Of a DNA stretch of 64,000 bases, positions 26,130 through 38,815 are shown one piece after another. Made by a program: the position numbers and the translations under genes. The stretch lies in assembly GCF_001194135.2 (NCBI RefSeq), contig NC_068986.1, forward strand, positions 96,448,326 through 96,512,325, read 5' to 3'. The notes beneath the pieces were generated by a model that made no database searches, was not told the origin of the DNA, and worked only from the letters and a program-made list of their open reading frames with translations. Source of the stretch: Octopus bimaculoides (taxonomy: Eukaryota). Each line of letters starts with the position of its first letter. Position 1 is the stretch's first letter.

Positions 26130-26625
26130 CTGTGGTTCTAAATGGGGTCTGTATGACCCTTGGGAGTCCACGCAAGTAAAATAGTGAATAGGGGACCCAC
26201 AGTAGTTTATTAAGGGTCTATGAAAAAAAATCTTGCTTAAGATGTATTTATTGCAAGAAACACTAAGATTTCTTTCTCTAACATTTTACATAGTTCAACC
26301 TGCACAAGTTAATGTGCAATGAAGAGTAATTTTGAAAGAAGTATCTAGAAAACTAGTTTTTGAACACTGAATGACTATGGGGGACCACTACAGTAAACTT
26401 GTAGTGAAAGGGTTCATAAGTAAAAAGCAACTGTGAATGATTGCTTTAGATTAGTGGTTCCCAACCTGGGGTCCGCAGACACCTGGTTGTCCACAAAGGT
26501 AGTACTGGGGGTCCATGAACTAAATTCAAAATTACATATATATATATATATATATACATAAGGATAATCATATTAAAAGGGGTCTGTGAGAAAACTCATT
26601 TAAATAAAAGGGTTGGAAACCACTG
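26130..26625. mobile_element. Two tandem hAT (Charlie-like) MITEs
   Basis: 26452-26625 has TIRs tagtggttcccaacc / ggttggaaaccactg and an 8-bp TSD ctttagat/ctttggat. The same 8-mer occurs at 26122-26129, before a second ctgtggttc-type end. Confidence 0.7.
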
Positions 26626-27737
26626 CTTTGGATAATCCTTCTAGTCCTTGTAGCCCAAAGGAAAAACAAAGCAACAAAGGAAAAAAGGAGAGTGATAAGA
26701 GAGATGTGGAGGGAGATTGAATAGGGACAAACCCAATGCCATTCCTCATTACAAAGGTGATGTGGATACACTGAATATGCAAGGGAATGAGTAATAGATG
26801 AAAGGGTAAAGAAGAGAGAAATTGGAGATTGAAAAGGAGTACAATAGGCAGGAGACCTAAATGTAGATATTTTATAAATCTCAGCTTCCATCACTGCCAG
26901 CATTATTTTAACAACCAGTTTACCATACTTAGACAGGTAGATGGGTCTTCTTCCCCTCTAGGTAGTTCTTTTTCTTCTCTTTTGTAATATTGAGCTCCTT
27001 GAGTTTGGCCTTCACCAATTCATCACATGTCTTTCTGGGTTTCCTTCTTCCACAGGCTCCATCTACTTCAAGGTTTCAGAATTTCTTTAGGCGGCTGACA
27101 TCCTCAACATGTATCGCATATCTGTACCAGCATGGAAGACCTCCAAATGACAGATTTTTAGGAAAAATAATAATACACTACTATTACATGTTGAAGATGT
27201 TGGTGGGCTCCTTGGGTGCGCCAGGCTGCAGTACAAATGGTGGCTGGCAGAAGAAGAGTGATGCTCTGGCATTATTTCACTAACAGGGTCTTACCATTTG
27301 TGTGGGTGGACACGCCTAAAAGTTTTTCTATAAGTGCTTTTTAAATATTTTATTCATTGCGTTTTCCTTTACAATCATTTATTTATATATCTTTATTTTT
27401 ACACAAATTTTTGAAGTGTTTTCTTTGTGCAATATCTCTGACCCACTTCCCTTCATTTTTATAAAATTTGTTTATCCGTCCCAATACCTATTTATAACTC
27501 CCTAATCTTAACATTTCATAATTTATTTTGTATGCATGAATGAATTGTCCTCAGTGGCTAAATAAAAGAAATTATTATTATTATTATCTTTATTACAACA
27601 TCATCATCAATATTAATGATATTGTACTCTTGTATATTAATCCATATGGGAATAAAAAGACAAACAAAAGCTGCAGGAGGAATGTGTTCTAAAAAGGATA
27701 AATATCAAGCCTCCCCCTCTCTCTCTCTCTTCCTCTC

Positions 27738-27777
<40 letters not shown>

Positions 27778-28589
27778 TCTGATGTTATTTTAGTCTCTCC
27801 CTCTTTTTATCACAGACCTTTCCTTACATTTTGTCTCTGTCTCTGTTTCTCTACCTTTTTATCTCTCTCTTTACTCGATTCTCTTTTTCTCTCTTTTTTG
27901 TTCCTTTCTCACTATTTATGTCCCTTTTTTTCTTCTTTTATTTTTCTCTCACCTCTCCCTCTTTCCCTTTCTCTTTCCCTCTTCTCCTCCTCTCTCACTT
28001 TGTCCATGTCTCTAACTCACAATATACTCTATGCTGCAAAACTACTCGACATGCAAGTGGTGTTATTCATTTCTAATTTCTTATAAAAACACATCCAGCC
28101 ATAGCAAAATATTGCCTTGCTTGGAAATGGGTGAAAGTTATACAGAAAATCTGCCTCAACAAATTTCATGTGACCCATGCAAGCATTGAAAAGTAGATAA
28201 GGAAACAAGATGAGAAGATATATATCAGAAACTGATGCTCTACAAAATTCAATCACGACTCATATTCGAGGCACCATTGATATTACACACAAACATTTTA
28301 GACTGCATCAATGGGTACAAGTCTAGCTGTGCAGTTAAGAACTTCTACATTTCAGGTTCAATTCCACTGTATGGCACATTGGGAAAGCATCTTTTATTGT
28401 AGTCTTGGGTTGACTAAAGCCTTGTGAATAAAATCTGGAAGGCAAAAACTGTGTGGAAGCCCGCTAGAGGGACTCTTCTTGTTCTGGTTTGTACAACTGA
28501 ACACCACTTCTTGGTTTCAGGGTGCTTTTAGAGAAATCCATTTCAAGATTTCCACCACCACCACCACCACCACCACCACCAATTTTCGT

Positions 28590-28830
28590 TTTCATTTCTA
28601 TAGTTAATACTCTGTCAAATTCTAATACTCCTAGATGCATAAGCATACTCATAACTCTCTTCTCCGTTCAATGATTTTAATGTCTGCCCCTCTGGTAACT
28701 GGATGCCTTCACTGTTGACTACCTGTCCCCTTCTCATGATTAATATTGCACACTTATCTAATGCCAAATTCCATGCCTATATCTTTGCTGAAGAGTCTTA
28801 CAGTCTGTATTAAGGAGTTGATAAAATAAG
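28590..28830 (-). mobile_element. R4/Dong RT fragment, diverged subfamily
   Basis: LIQTVRLFSKDIGMEFG.DKCAILIMRRGQVVNSEGIQLPEG...LGVLEFDRV, with frameshifts. Confidence 0.7.
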
Positions 28831-28913
28831 TATCAGTTGAGTACTGGGGTTGATATAATTGACTTACCTCCTTCCCTGAAATTGCTGGCCTTGTACTGAA
28901 ATTTAAAAAAGGG

Positions 28914-28947
<34 letters not shown>

Positions 28948-29005
28948 TGATGATGATAATAATAATAATAATAATAACAATAATAATAATAATAATAATA
29001 ATAAT

Positions 29006-29366
29006 GTATCAATACCAGCAGATGACGTTTCCCTAAAAGAAATGGAAAAACTTTCAAAATACAAAGACCTGGAAATGGAGGTAACTCGAATGTGGAATCT
29101 AAAAACAGAAACAATTCCTATCATAGTAGGTGCCTTAGGTATAATAAAAAAATATTCAGACAAATACATAACAAAAACACCAGGACTTACAAATATATAT
29201 GACATACAGAAAATTGCACTACTGGGCACTGCACACATCCTACACAAAACACTTTCAATACAGTAACCATAAGAGTATCACAGCAAACCACAGCACATAC
29301 CCAAGGCGCACAGAGCTGCGCTCGGTAGTGAAGTGAAAGCACGTTATAAAAATAAAACTACTGAAC
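29006..29366 (+). mobile_element. R4/Dong LINE 3' end inserted in (TAA)n
   Basis: About 8 differences from 7911-8249 over ~340 bp. (TAA)n lies on both sides. Confidence 0.92.
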
Positions 29367-29402
29367 AATAATAATAATAATAATAATAATAACAATAATA
29401 AC

Positions 29403-29434
<32 letters not shown>

Positions 29435-30540
29435 TAACAATAATAATAAGCATTCGGGGTCAGGTTTTCAATCTGATGATAAATTCTTACTTTCCTTCCA
29501 CCAGTCACAGAGGCTTTGAAAAGGACCATGTGAACTCTCTTTCCTTCCCTGATTCAGCTATTAAAAAAAAAAAAGACAAAACAAAAAAAATGCAAAAAAC
29601 AGAGACCAACTGACTGATTAGTAAAGATTTATTCACCAACACTCACCTGTCTCTTATTACATTGGCCTCTGAACCACAAGCTACATGCCATCCATCCAGA
29701 CACACATGTGTTTCAATAGTTACCCTTCTCATTTTTCCTACTGTGGATCATCTCAGAGAATCTATACAAAACACTTTTATCAACCCTACTTCCTAAGAAT
29801 TGTACCCTTCTGGAATTCTATCCCTACCTGTGTTTTTTTTTTTTTTGTTTTATTCCTGTAGATGTCAATCAATATATGTCCACAATGGACTTTAATCACA
29901 ACAATCTTATCAGTTTGGCTGGGCTAGCAAGAGTCACCAGGCACTGACCCATGCATTTATATGATAAGCTCATAAAAAAAAAATTGTCTGCCTTTTTCAA
30001 ATTGTCTCTAATTCTGCATTTAACCCAATATTTCTTTGTCTCATTTTGTTTCTGCTTCACACTGTCTTCTGTTACCTTTCACATTTCCTCTCTCTCTCTC
30101 ATATGCACACACACACACACACGCACACACATACACACACACACGCACACACACTATATTTTGGTCTCATACATTATCATTGAATTTTGTCTCAGTTTCT
30201 TTGTCTAACACTTTGGTTTTGTATCACATCTCTCTGTCTGTCTGTCTGTCTGTCTGACATTTTCTAGTTTTGTCTGCCTGTCTGTTTGCCTGCCTGTCTG
30301 CCCACCCTCTCTCTCTCTCTCTCTTTCATACACGCACACACACTCACAAATTTACAAGAAAACAACACCCACACAAAAACAGGTCAAAGATGGAGATTTT
30401 AAAATATTTAATTGTATTTATTCTGTTTTTATGCTATTTCTTCTTTCTTTCTGTTTCTTTTGTCTATCTTCTACTTTGCGTTGTTGTTGTTCTTTGTCTT
30501 CAGTTTCCTCCTCCTCCTCCAGACATCCCACTACTCTCAC

Positions 30541-30580
30541 CTTCAGAGATTTTCTTCAACAAGCTACATTTATGCTCCAT
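30541..30580 (-). CDS. Candidate 40-nt internal exon
   Basis: Acceptor ccctccctctttactacacag, donor GAAG|GTGAGA. The single open frame reads MEHKCSLLKKISE. Confidence 0.3.
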
Positions 30581-31299
30581 CTGTGTAGTAAAGAGGGAGG
30601 GAGTGGTGGTAGTGATGGGGGCTTGCAAACGGTTACCCAATACCAGACATTTCAAGAAAAACAAAAGAATAAAAATAAACACATACAAAAAAAGAAGATA
30701 AGTAGAGATAACTAACTAAATAAATAAAAATACAAATGGAAAGAATGAAGGAAATATATATTTAAAATAAAAAGCGGGTATTTTTGGCGGCAAATTGTAG
30801 AAATGGTTTCGAAGAATTCCAAGACATAAAATATAGTACACTGCTTGGAGAATTAGTGTAGGGTTAGGGTGGAACAAGAAGCAAAAAAGAAGAGTTTGAA
30901 GAATTATATTTTTGGGGGTGAGATGAAAAATCCACTTTGCTGTGAGCCAACCAATGAAGGAGTCTCTATATGGTTATTAAAACTGCTAGAAACATCAGCA
31001 AAGTCCTTTAGATCATACTGTATTGTTTTAGAATGTAGGGCACATTATAAAATGTTGTTTGAGAAACATAGTTTGAAAAAAAAAAGATGAAATGGTCATA
31101 ACTTTGATCATAGACTTGCTTAATCTGAGGCTAAGCAAGAACAATAACAAAAGCAACAACAGCTTATCTTTCTATGAGCTTAGAGGGCAGCCTCTACATG
31201 GTGCATGCACCACTAGTAATAGCATCTATATTCCCTTAAAATTATAATTTGCTGTCTGAAAAAAGGAAATTACATTAGATAATGTTGTCCCAGATTTCT

Positions 31300-31700
31300 C
31301 CTGAATATAGCAAAGACTGCATCACAAAAACTGGCCTTTCTCTTCAGAGTCAGAAAATACTTCAGTATTTACAACTATTAACCCTCAAGAAAGTTCATGT
31401 AAGACCCACAATTGATTGCTGTTCTCATGTGTGTGACGGTGATGCTGCTGTCTGCAGAAAAATCTTGGATCATGTCCAGTGTAGGTGATAATCAACTAAT
31501 TGGTATGAAATCATTCACCAAGACATTCTATGCCCTAGCTGACTGGTTGGCTGGCTTGCTGGCCACTTTTGTGCCATTGCCACTTAGCACCCTTAACTCA
31601 CTCATCACCAGTATTGTGTCCAACCTCCTTGCCTTGCACTGCCTAATGCTTCCTTGCACATGTCTGTCCTTCAGCCATCAGCTCAGAATAATTTAAACCT
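31300..31700 (+). mobile_element. Degenerate CR1/L2-like LINE RT C-terminal fragment
   Basis: QLLTLKKVHVRPTIDCCSHVCDGDAAVCRKILDHVQ resembles the LYKAQVRPTLEYCSHIW..LDRVQRR motif. Confidence 0.55.
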
Positions 31701-31764
31701 TTAGCATTCAGATTTCTTTGTCAAATGTATTGCTTATTTATTCATATCTTCTTCTGCCCTTTTA

Positions 31765-32121
31765 AAGCCTAGCCAGGCTCATGGGCCCGGTTTCCTGGTT
31801 TCTATGGCATATGTGTGTCCCCCCCCCCCCACCAGCNNNNNNNNNNNNNNNNNNNNNNNNNNNNNNNNNNNNNNNNNNNNNNNNNNNNNNNNNNCCACCA
31901 GCTGGACAGGACGCCAATCCATCGCAGCCTTACTCAAGAAACAGGAGAGAAAGTTGGGGCGAAAGAGTACAACAGGGGTCGCCACCACCCCCTGCTGGAG
32001 CCTTGTGGAGCTTTAGGTGTTTTCGCTCAATAAACACACACAACACCTGGTCTGGGAATCGAAACCGTGATCCTCAGACTGCGAGTCCGCTGCCTTAACC
32101 ACTGGGCCATTGCGCCTCCAC
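31765..32121 (-). mobile_element. tRNA(Arg)-like-headed SINE variant with a different 3' half
   Basis: 31940-32121 matches the head of the 3403/48348 SINE. The 3' part reads gcgatggattggcgtcctgtccag...catagaaaccaggaaaccgggcccatgagcc. Confidence 0.75.
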
Positions 32122-34563
32122 ATTTATTCATATGGTTTTGAATTAATCACACATTGCCTTGTAGCTCGAATGGTCTGTTGGTATATTTTTAGAATGAACT
32201 TGTAGGGTGGGTAAGAGATGTTGTATGTGGCTGTTTTTAACAGAAAGCAGGTAGAATATTTGGCTTGGATTAAATGCTAAAGGGTTAAATGAAACATTAA
32301 GAACATTGATCCCACCAGTCTTCAAGGATCATGACCATTAACTGTCCCTTCAAAGCAAACTAATAATTGTTTTAGATTTTGGTGCAAAACCAGCAATTTT
32401 AGTGGGAGAAGGTTAGTCAATTACATCAGACCTTGTACTTGGCTGGTATTTTATTTTATTGGCCTTGAATGGATGAAAGGCAAAATTGATCTCAGCAGAA
32501 TTTAAACTCAGAATGTAAAAAGCCAGAAGAAATACTGCAAAATATTTTGTCCGACACACTGATGATTCTGCCAGCTGGCTATCTTAAACCACATAATAAA
32601 ACTACAAAAAACAAAAGCTGTAACAAAACAGCTTACATTTCTAAGGATGATATGCATGTGTATGTGTGTGTGTTTTTGTGCGTGTGTGTTTTGTTGTTGA
32701 TTGAAATTAATCTATCCTAAACATATTAAGGTATTTAATTTATCAGCCATGGAACAAGAAAAATAGTCACCATGACATAGTCATTATAACCCAAGATAGA
32801 ATTATGAAAAATGAGATCAGCAACATGAAGCACAGAAACATATTTAAAAGCCATCTCTCTCATATAATATATGCTGTAACAAGGAGTGTAGGATGTTGTA
32901 GTTATAGATAGATAAACTGTGGTAGTAAGTTGAGTGTCTTGTCTTAAGAGATATAACACAATGGTTGCAGATGTATAAACTGGCCCAGTTCAGTTCTGAT
33001 CAACTAAACCTATAATTAAAAATGCTCCATCCACGACCATTTATATTACCTTGAGAATTACATTATCCAATATGTCCTTAACCTTTTGAAGATGGTAGGG
33101 TATAATTTGAGGTAGATTTGACTGTTACTTTTAATAGGTTTAATGATCAGGTAAAGGTTCCTTTGATGGCTCCTGAAAGCTGTAGTAGGAAGTGGTGGTG
33201 CTTACTATACAGCTATGTAGACTATTGTAAATAGAGTATCTTGTTTAAGGAGACAGCATTGTGTGTGCATCAAAAGATGGTGGTACTTATTGGGTGTAAG
33301 TGTACTGGGTGTAGCATACACTCATACACACACACACACAGACACACACACACATACAGACACACACACAGATACACACACACACACATACAGACACACA
33401 TACAGACACACACACAGACACACATACAGACACACACACACACAAATACATACATAGGTATGTATAAACCAAATGTACATATAAAATTAGTAGTAAGCTA
33501 ATTATACGCACAAGCACACACACATATATAATGTACATACATTATATATGCATGATTGTGAGTATTTGGGAAAGAGGAAAGAGAGAGAAATGAAAGTGTT
33601 TGCACCTATTTGTATGTTTGTTTCTGTGTGTATGTACATGTGTGAGTGTACATACATATTAAACGCAGAGCTTTTAACTGATGCATGCTTTGTTCAATAA
33701 ACAACTGGGAAGTCTATTAACGAATTTAATGTTGAGTCATTTATATTTTCCAACAGGACATTGCTGTTAGATTATAATGTGAGTGTAACACAGTTACTAT
33801 ATTAAAGGAAGAGAATGATTAAATGAGCAAGTGGATGAACAGGCAGATTTTGTTTAAAGTTTAGTCAAGAGGAGACTCTGAGACTGGGAAGGATTTATAT
33901 AGCTGATATTCAGTCTGAAAACCTGTAAATAGATGTCAGCAGAAAAAGACATGGGCGGGAAGGTAATTCCAGAAAGATGATGTACGGTGAAGAAAGGACT
34001 GGATGTTGAGACACAGTGGTGCTGGGAGGATGGGTGGAGAAAAATAGTTGGAGGTAACATGTAGCTAACTATTTCAGAGGAACAGACACCATTGTAACTG
34101 TAATAATACAGACAAAGAGAAAGAGAACATGACATCTGTATGCCAAATTGTTGGATTGTTAGTCTGGTGTTTACAGAATTTTAAAATTATGATTAGTGAT
34201 TTGTAATCCTATGTTACTCAGATTTTAACAGGATTTTTGTTGAAGAGTTTCAGTTATCTGCATGAAGTGGAGGATGTTTCTACTGATTAGTATAAGGAAA
34301 TTCCTCACTACATTTGCAGATACATTTAAACTATGAGGAGGATTAAACCAGATAATATTTATATTTCTACATTTGATGTTATTTACTGTGGGTTGCTCTA
34401 TGTATTTCAGTTTGGTGTTTTAACAATGGCCAGGTGAGGCTCTATTTTCGTGTGGGGATGCTTTGCTGAATGTTTTTTTCTTTTCTGTTCAGTGATAATT
34501 TAGGTGTGTGTGTCTGCTTATATTGTCTGTAATGTATGTATGATCATGGGAAAGTTGGAACTC

Positions 34564-34612
<49 letters not shown>

Positions 34613-34629
34613 CATATATGATATATATA

Positions 34630-35198
34630 CGAGGGTGAATTAAAAAGTAATGCCAATTTTGTTTAGGACAGGTGTAATTACCAACACAGGAACATGTATC
34701 ATACATCAAAATGAAGCTAGTCCTCTGTGGATCACATCCCTACTTCTCAACATAGTCACCGTTTCTCTCAATAGCAATGCTCCACCTTCGAATCAGAGCA
34801 TGTATCCCTGCTTTGTAAAATTCTGTTGACTCTTCTTTGAGCCACTTCTTCACTACAGTTTTCACTTCCTCATCACTGGAATAATTTAGCGCCTTCAGTC
34901 TATCATCTCTTCAGCCCCATGAAAGAGGGTTTGAGAGGCAAACATTATTCCAGTGACAAAGCAAGTGAAAAGTGTAGTGAAGAAGTGGCTCAAAGAACAG
35001 TCAACAGAATTTTATGGGGTAGGGATACATCCTCTCATTCGAAGGTGGAACATTGCTATTGAGAGAAATGGTGACTATGTTGAGAAGTAGAGATGTATCC
35101 ACAGAAGACCAGCTTCATTTTGATGTATGATACATGTTCTTGTGTTGGTAATTATACCTGTCCTAAACAAAATTGCATTACTTTCTGACTCACCCTCA
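34630..35198. mobile_element. Fold-back non-autonomous mariner made of two inverted 3' ends
   Basis: TA at 34628-29 and 35199-200. TIR cgagggtgaattaaaaagtaatg. Arms of ~260 bp are reverse-complementary. The right arm encodes APSVYHLFSPMKEGLRGKHYSSD...KKWLKEQSTEFY...RRWNIAIERNGDYVEK* (with a frameshift). Confidence 0.9.
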
Positions 35199-36102
35199 TA
35201 TACATATACTCATTAGGTTTATAGTAGGGATGGTGCATGCTGGTATTTTTGTTCAGAGTTCCACCTAGAAAATTTGTTACCTTTGGGCTTGTATTTATCA
35301 TATTTTTAAATTGAATTCTTTAAAACTTTTGATTATTTTTCTAAGTTTGTACATATAATGCTCTTTGATGTTGTGTGATACTTCAAGTCCAGCACCTTTG
35401 TAAAGTTTTATTCTAGTACTGTTCTTTTCAGTGTGTGGTATGTATCCTCTGACTAGATTTGAAAATTCTTCTTCCTTAGAAAAAATTGTCTTAAAATAAT
35501 AACAACACCCTTGCATTCAGTATGATACTGATATTAGCTTTGGTTATAACAGTATAAGTTTTTCTCAAATTCTAAAGCTTTCAGAAGAATATTTTTAGAA
35601 ATGGATGGAAGGAATTCTATAACACTAAATGGGGTAATTCTGCAGTTGGGTTTCACTTCAATATTATTGAACTGCCTGATAATGACACAGCCACATTTTC
35701 ATTGTGTTAAGTAGTTTGTTGTGTGCTGTATTTTTGTATTTACAAAATAAGAAAGATACTAATCAGAAGTTTGAAAGAAATCAACTTAGAAGTTATAATA
35801 TATACAAATGCAAAGTATGTAAATCACTAATCACTAATCTGTGAACAATAGACAATCCATCTCCAATGTAATTGCAGAAGACATGACTGCCAAAAGTAAG
35901 AATATTCAGAGTAAATGTAGAATTGGCAGAGCACACAGAAAAAGCATATTTTGGACTGATACAAAACTCAGAATACATTAATTTGTTTAGACTCTGAAAT
36001 AAATGCAATCTAACATACCTTGTAAAATATGTTTTATTTCTTAAAGACAGAAAAGAAAATCTGTTGGTAAAATGGAGCATTATTGCAAAATCAAAGACAT
36101 AC

Positions 36103-36191
36103 AATGATCATAGTAGTTCTTGTTTTGCTGTGTAGATTGTAGCTCTTCCTGGGTATATCTTGAACAGAAAAGCGGAAACTTTCCTGTCCTC
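36103..36191 (-). CDS. Candidate exon 2 of the minus-strand gene (alternative acceptor at 36287)
   Basis: Acceptor ttttgttgcattgtag, donor ATT|GTATGT. The phase-1 frame GQESFRFSVQDIPRKSYNLHSKTRTTMII is compatible with exon 1. A phase-2 reading is also open. Confidence 0.3.
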
Positions 36192-36310
36192 CTACAATGC
36201 AACAAAATTCAAACTCCAAGCCTTCAAGCATATTCCTATACTTATGGGTTTTCATTGGAAACATCAAGACAAGAAAATCTTGTCCATCTAAATTATTTTT
36301 ACTAATTATT

Positions 36311-36984
36311 CATCATCATCATCATCATCGTTTAACGTCCGCTTTCCATGCTAGCATGGGTTGGACGATTTGACTGAGGACTGGTGAAACTGGATGGCAA
36401 CACCACGCTCCAATCTGATTTGGCAGAGTTTCTACAGCTGGATGCCCTTCCTAACGCCAATCACTCAGAGAGTGTAGTGGGTGCTTTTACGTGTCACCCG
36501 CACGAAGGCCAGTCGGGCAGTACTGGCAACGGCCATGCTCAAAATGGTGTATTTTATGTGCCACCTGCACAAGAGCCAGTCCAAGGGCACTAGCAACGAT
36601 CTCGCTCAAAAATCCTACAAAGGCCAGTCAGGCGGTACTGGCAACAGCCACGCTCAAAATGGTGTATTTTATGTGCCACCCGCACAAGAACCAGTCCAGA
36701 GTCACTGGCACGATCTCGCTCGAAAATCCTAACACATGTCACGGGCACAAGTGCCAGAAAGGCGGTGCTGGGCACAGGTGCTATCCCGATTTCGCTTTCG
36801 CTTGCCTCAATAAGTCTTCCAAGCTGAGTTTCGCGTCCAATGAAGGAGACGACGTTGGCACGGGTGCCAGTCGTCGAATTTAGTTCGATTTCACTTGCCT
36901 CAACAAGTCTTCGCAAGCGGAGTTTAGTGTCCAATGTAGGAAAGGTACGCATAAGTGGGCTGGCTACACCCCTGGCAATGGCCT
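36311..36984 (-). mobile_element. RTE LINE 3' UTR and tail with internal sub-repeats
   Basis: Matches 11120-11670 and contains duplicated aaggccagtc..ggtactggcaac..gctcaaaatggtg units. Confidence 0.88.
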
Positions 36985-37356
36985 TAATTTTACATTCAAG
37001 AATTTGATATTAAATCAAGTAAAGTTGCCACCTCACAAGAAAAATATCTTCTGTCTGTTGAGAATTAGTACACCATTATGATCTGTGGTATGCACACCTT
37101 TTTGGTCTGTGTTAACCAATGAGATAATGAGCTTTTGAAGCCATCTTGTATAAATGAACATTTCATTATGGTACACAGAACTAGTCTGAATGAGCATCTA
37201 TATGTAAAACTGAAGTAACATATGTCTTTAATCAAATATAATCATACTTTACATTGTGTATTGAGTACTTTTTCTCTTGTCTGTTATAAACAATATACAT
37301 GTGCACACACACACACACATGTATGTATACATACAGCTACTGATTACCACTGCTAG

Positions 37357-37405
<49 letters not shown>

Positions 37406-37427
37406 CCTGTCCCTGTCTGTCTGTCTG

Positions 37428-37475
<48 letters not shown>

Positions 37476-38049
37476 AATATGTATGTACATACACAGACAC
37501 ACACACACCATTCATATGCAGTGCTCAAAGAAACTTGTAGCTTGAAATTCCTTCTTATATTTTAATTATATATATGTCATTCACTTCAGTTAGCAGTGTC
37601 TCATGCTTCTGCTGGCTGTCTACCAAGAAACTTGGAATTTCTTATATCAGAAACACGCAAATGGTTTTCTCTCTTGTCATTAAGACAGATAGCATATAAA
37701 AACCTATATCAGACAATTAATGATGGAGAAAACCCATTAAAAATTCCCATGAGCAACAAGACTAGGTAGTTATCTATTCAACTAGCTGTAGGAGGAATAA
37801 TAACCCAATGGCTTGAATTAAAAATCCATTTTCAAATTATGAGAAATACTGAAAATGTGTTTTATTATTGAAATCCTTTATGAAATGTATTCAGATGAAA
37901 ACAACTTGGCATATTATTCATGCATTCCATTTTCAGTGAAGTACAGTGTTTAAATAAATTATTTGTGTCAAAGGCTGCTGATAAAGCCAAATTATTAGAT
38001 GATTTAACATTAATAGTAAGCACATATATGGAAATAAACTAAATCTACC

Positions 38050-38815
38050 AAAAATGGCTCCTCAAAAAATGAGATGTCATTCTGCAACTACAATTACTGA
38101 TACAGACTATGCAGATGACATTGCTCTTACTTCTAAAGCTATCAAGGAAATCAATGACATATTAAACAACAAACCAACGATGATAAATCTGAGTTTATAG
38201 TTTTCAATCAACTAAAAGATCACATTATATTAGCAAAGAGTGAAAACTTGAAATGTGTAAATGACATCAAATGTTTGGGATTGGGAATAGAAAGCTCAAA
38301 GGGAAACAGTGATGTAAGAAAAGAATTGGAATGGTCAGCAATGAGCAAGATATCCTCAATATGAGAAACAAATCTATTTAATGACCATAAAATATAGGGT
38401 TTTTTATAGCTCCTGTAGAAAGCATGTTGATAATGGATCTGAATGTGGGACACTAATGAAAGTAATAGAAAGCAGGCTAAATGGAACATATACCAAGATG
38501 TTAAGGAGGGTGAAGAAAATTTTGTGGGAGCAACATTTACCAAACATCATATTATATGGAAATATACCAGCCATTACTAATAGAAACCATCAAATAATGC
38601 AGACTTAAGCTCATGGGACACTATTGGAGAAGAAAAGATGAAGTTTTATATTAACTATTACTATGGGAACCAGCAAATGATAGAAGAAGCAGACCTTGTT
38701 GAACATATGTGCAACAGTTGCTGGAGGACACAACCATGAAAGAAACTGTGCTGAAGATATGATGGAGAACTAGGAAGTGTGGAGGAAATTGGTCAAAGGT
38801 GTATGAATAGGTTTA
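38050..38815 (+). mobile_element. Degenerate RTE-like LINE RT 3' part (different lineage from 11120-12864)
   Basis: TDYADDIAL; LKCVNDIKCLG; GSECGTLMKVIESRLNGTYTKMLRRV...WEQHLPN..LYG; GHYWRR. Multiple stops and frameshifts. Confidence 0.7.

Noticed and set aside
35281-35516. Minus-strand ORF with plausible splice sites
   Set aside because: All frames contain stops between the acceptor and the donor at 35280.
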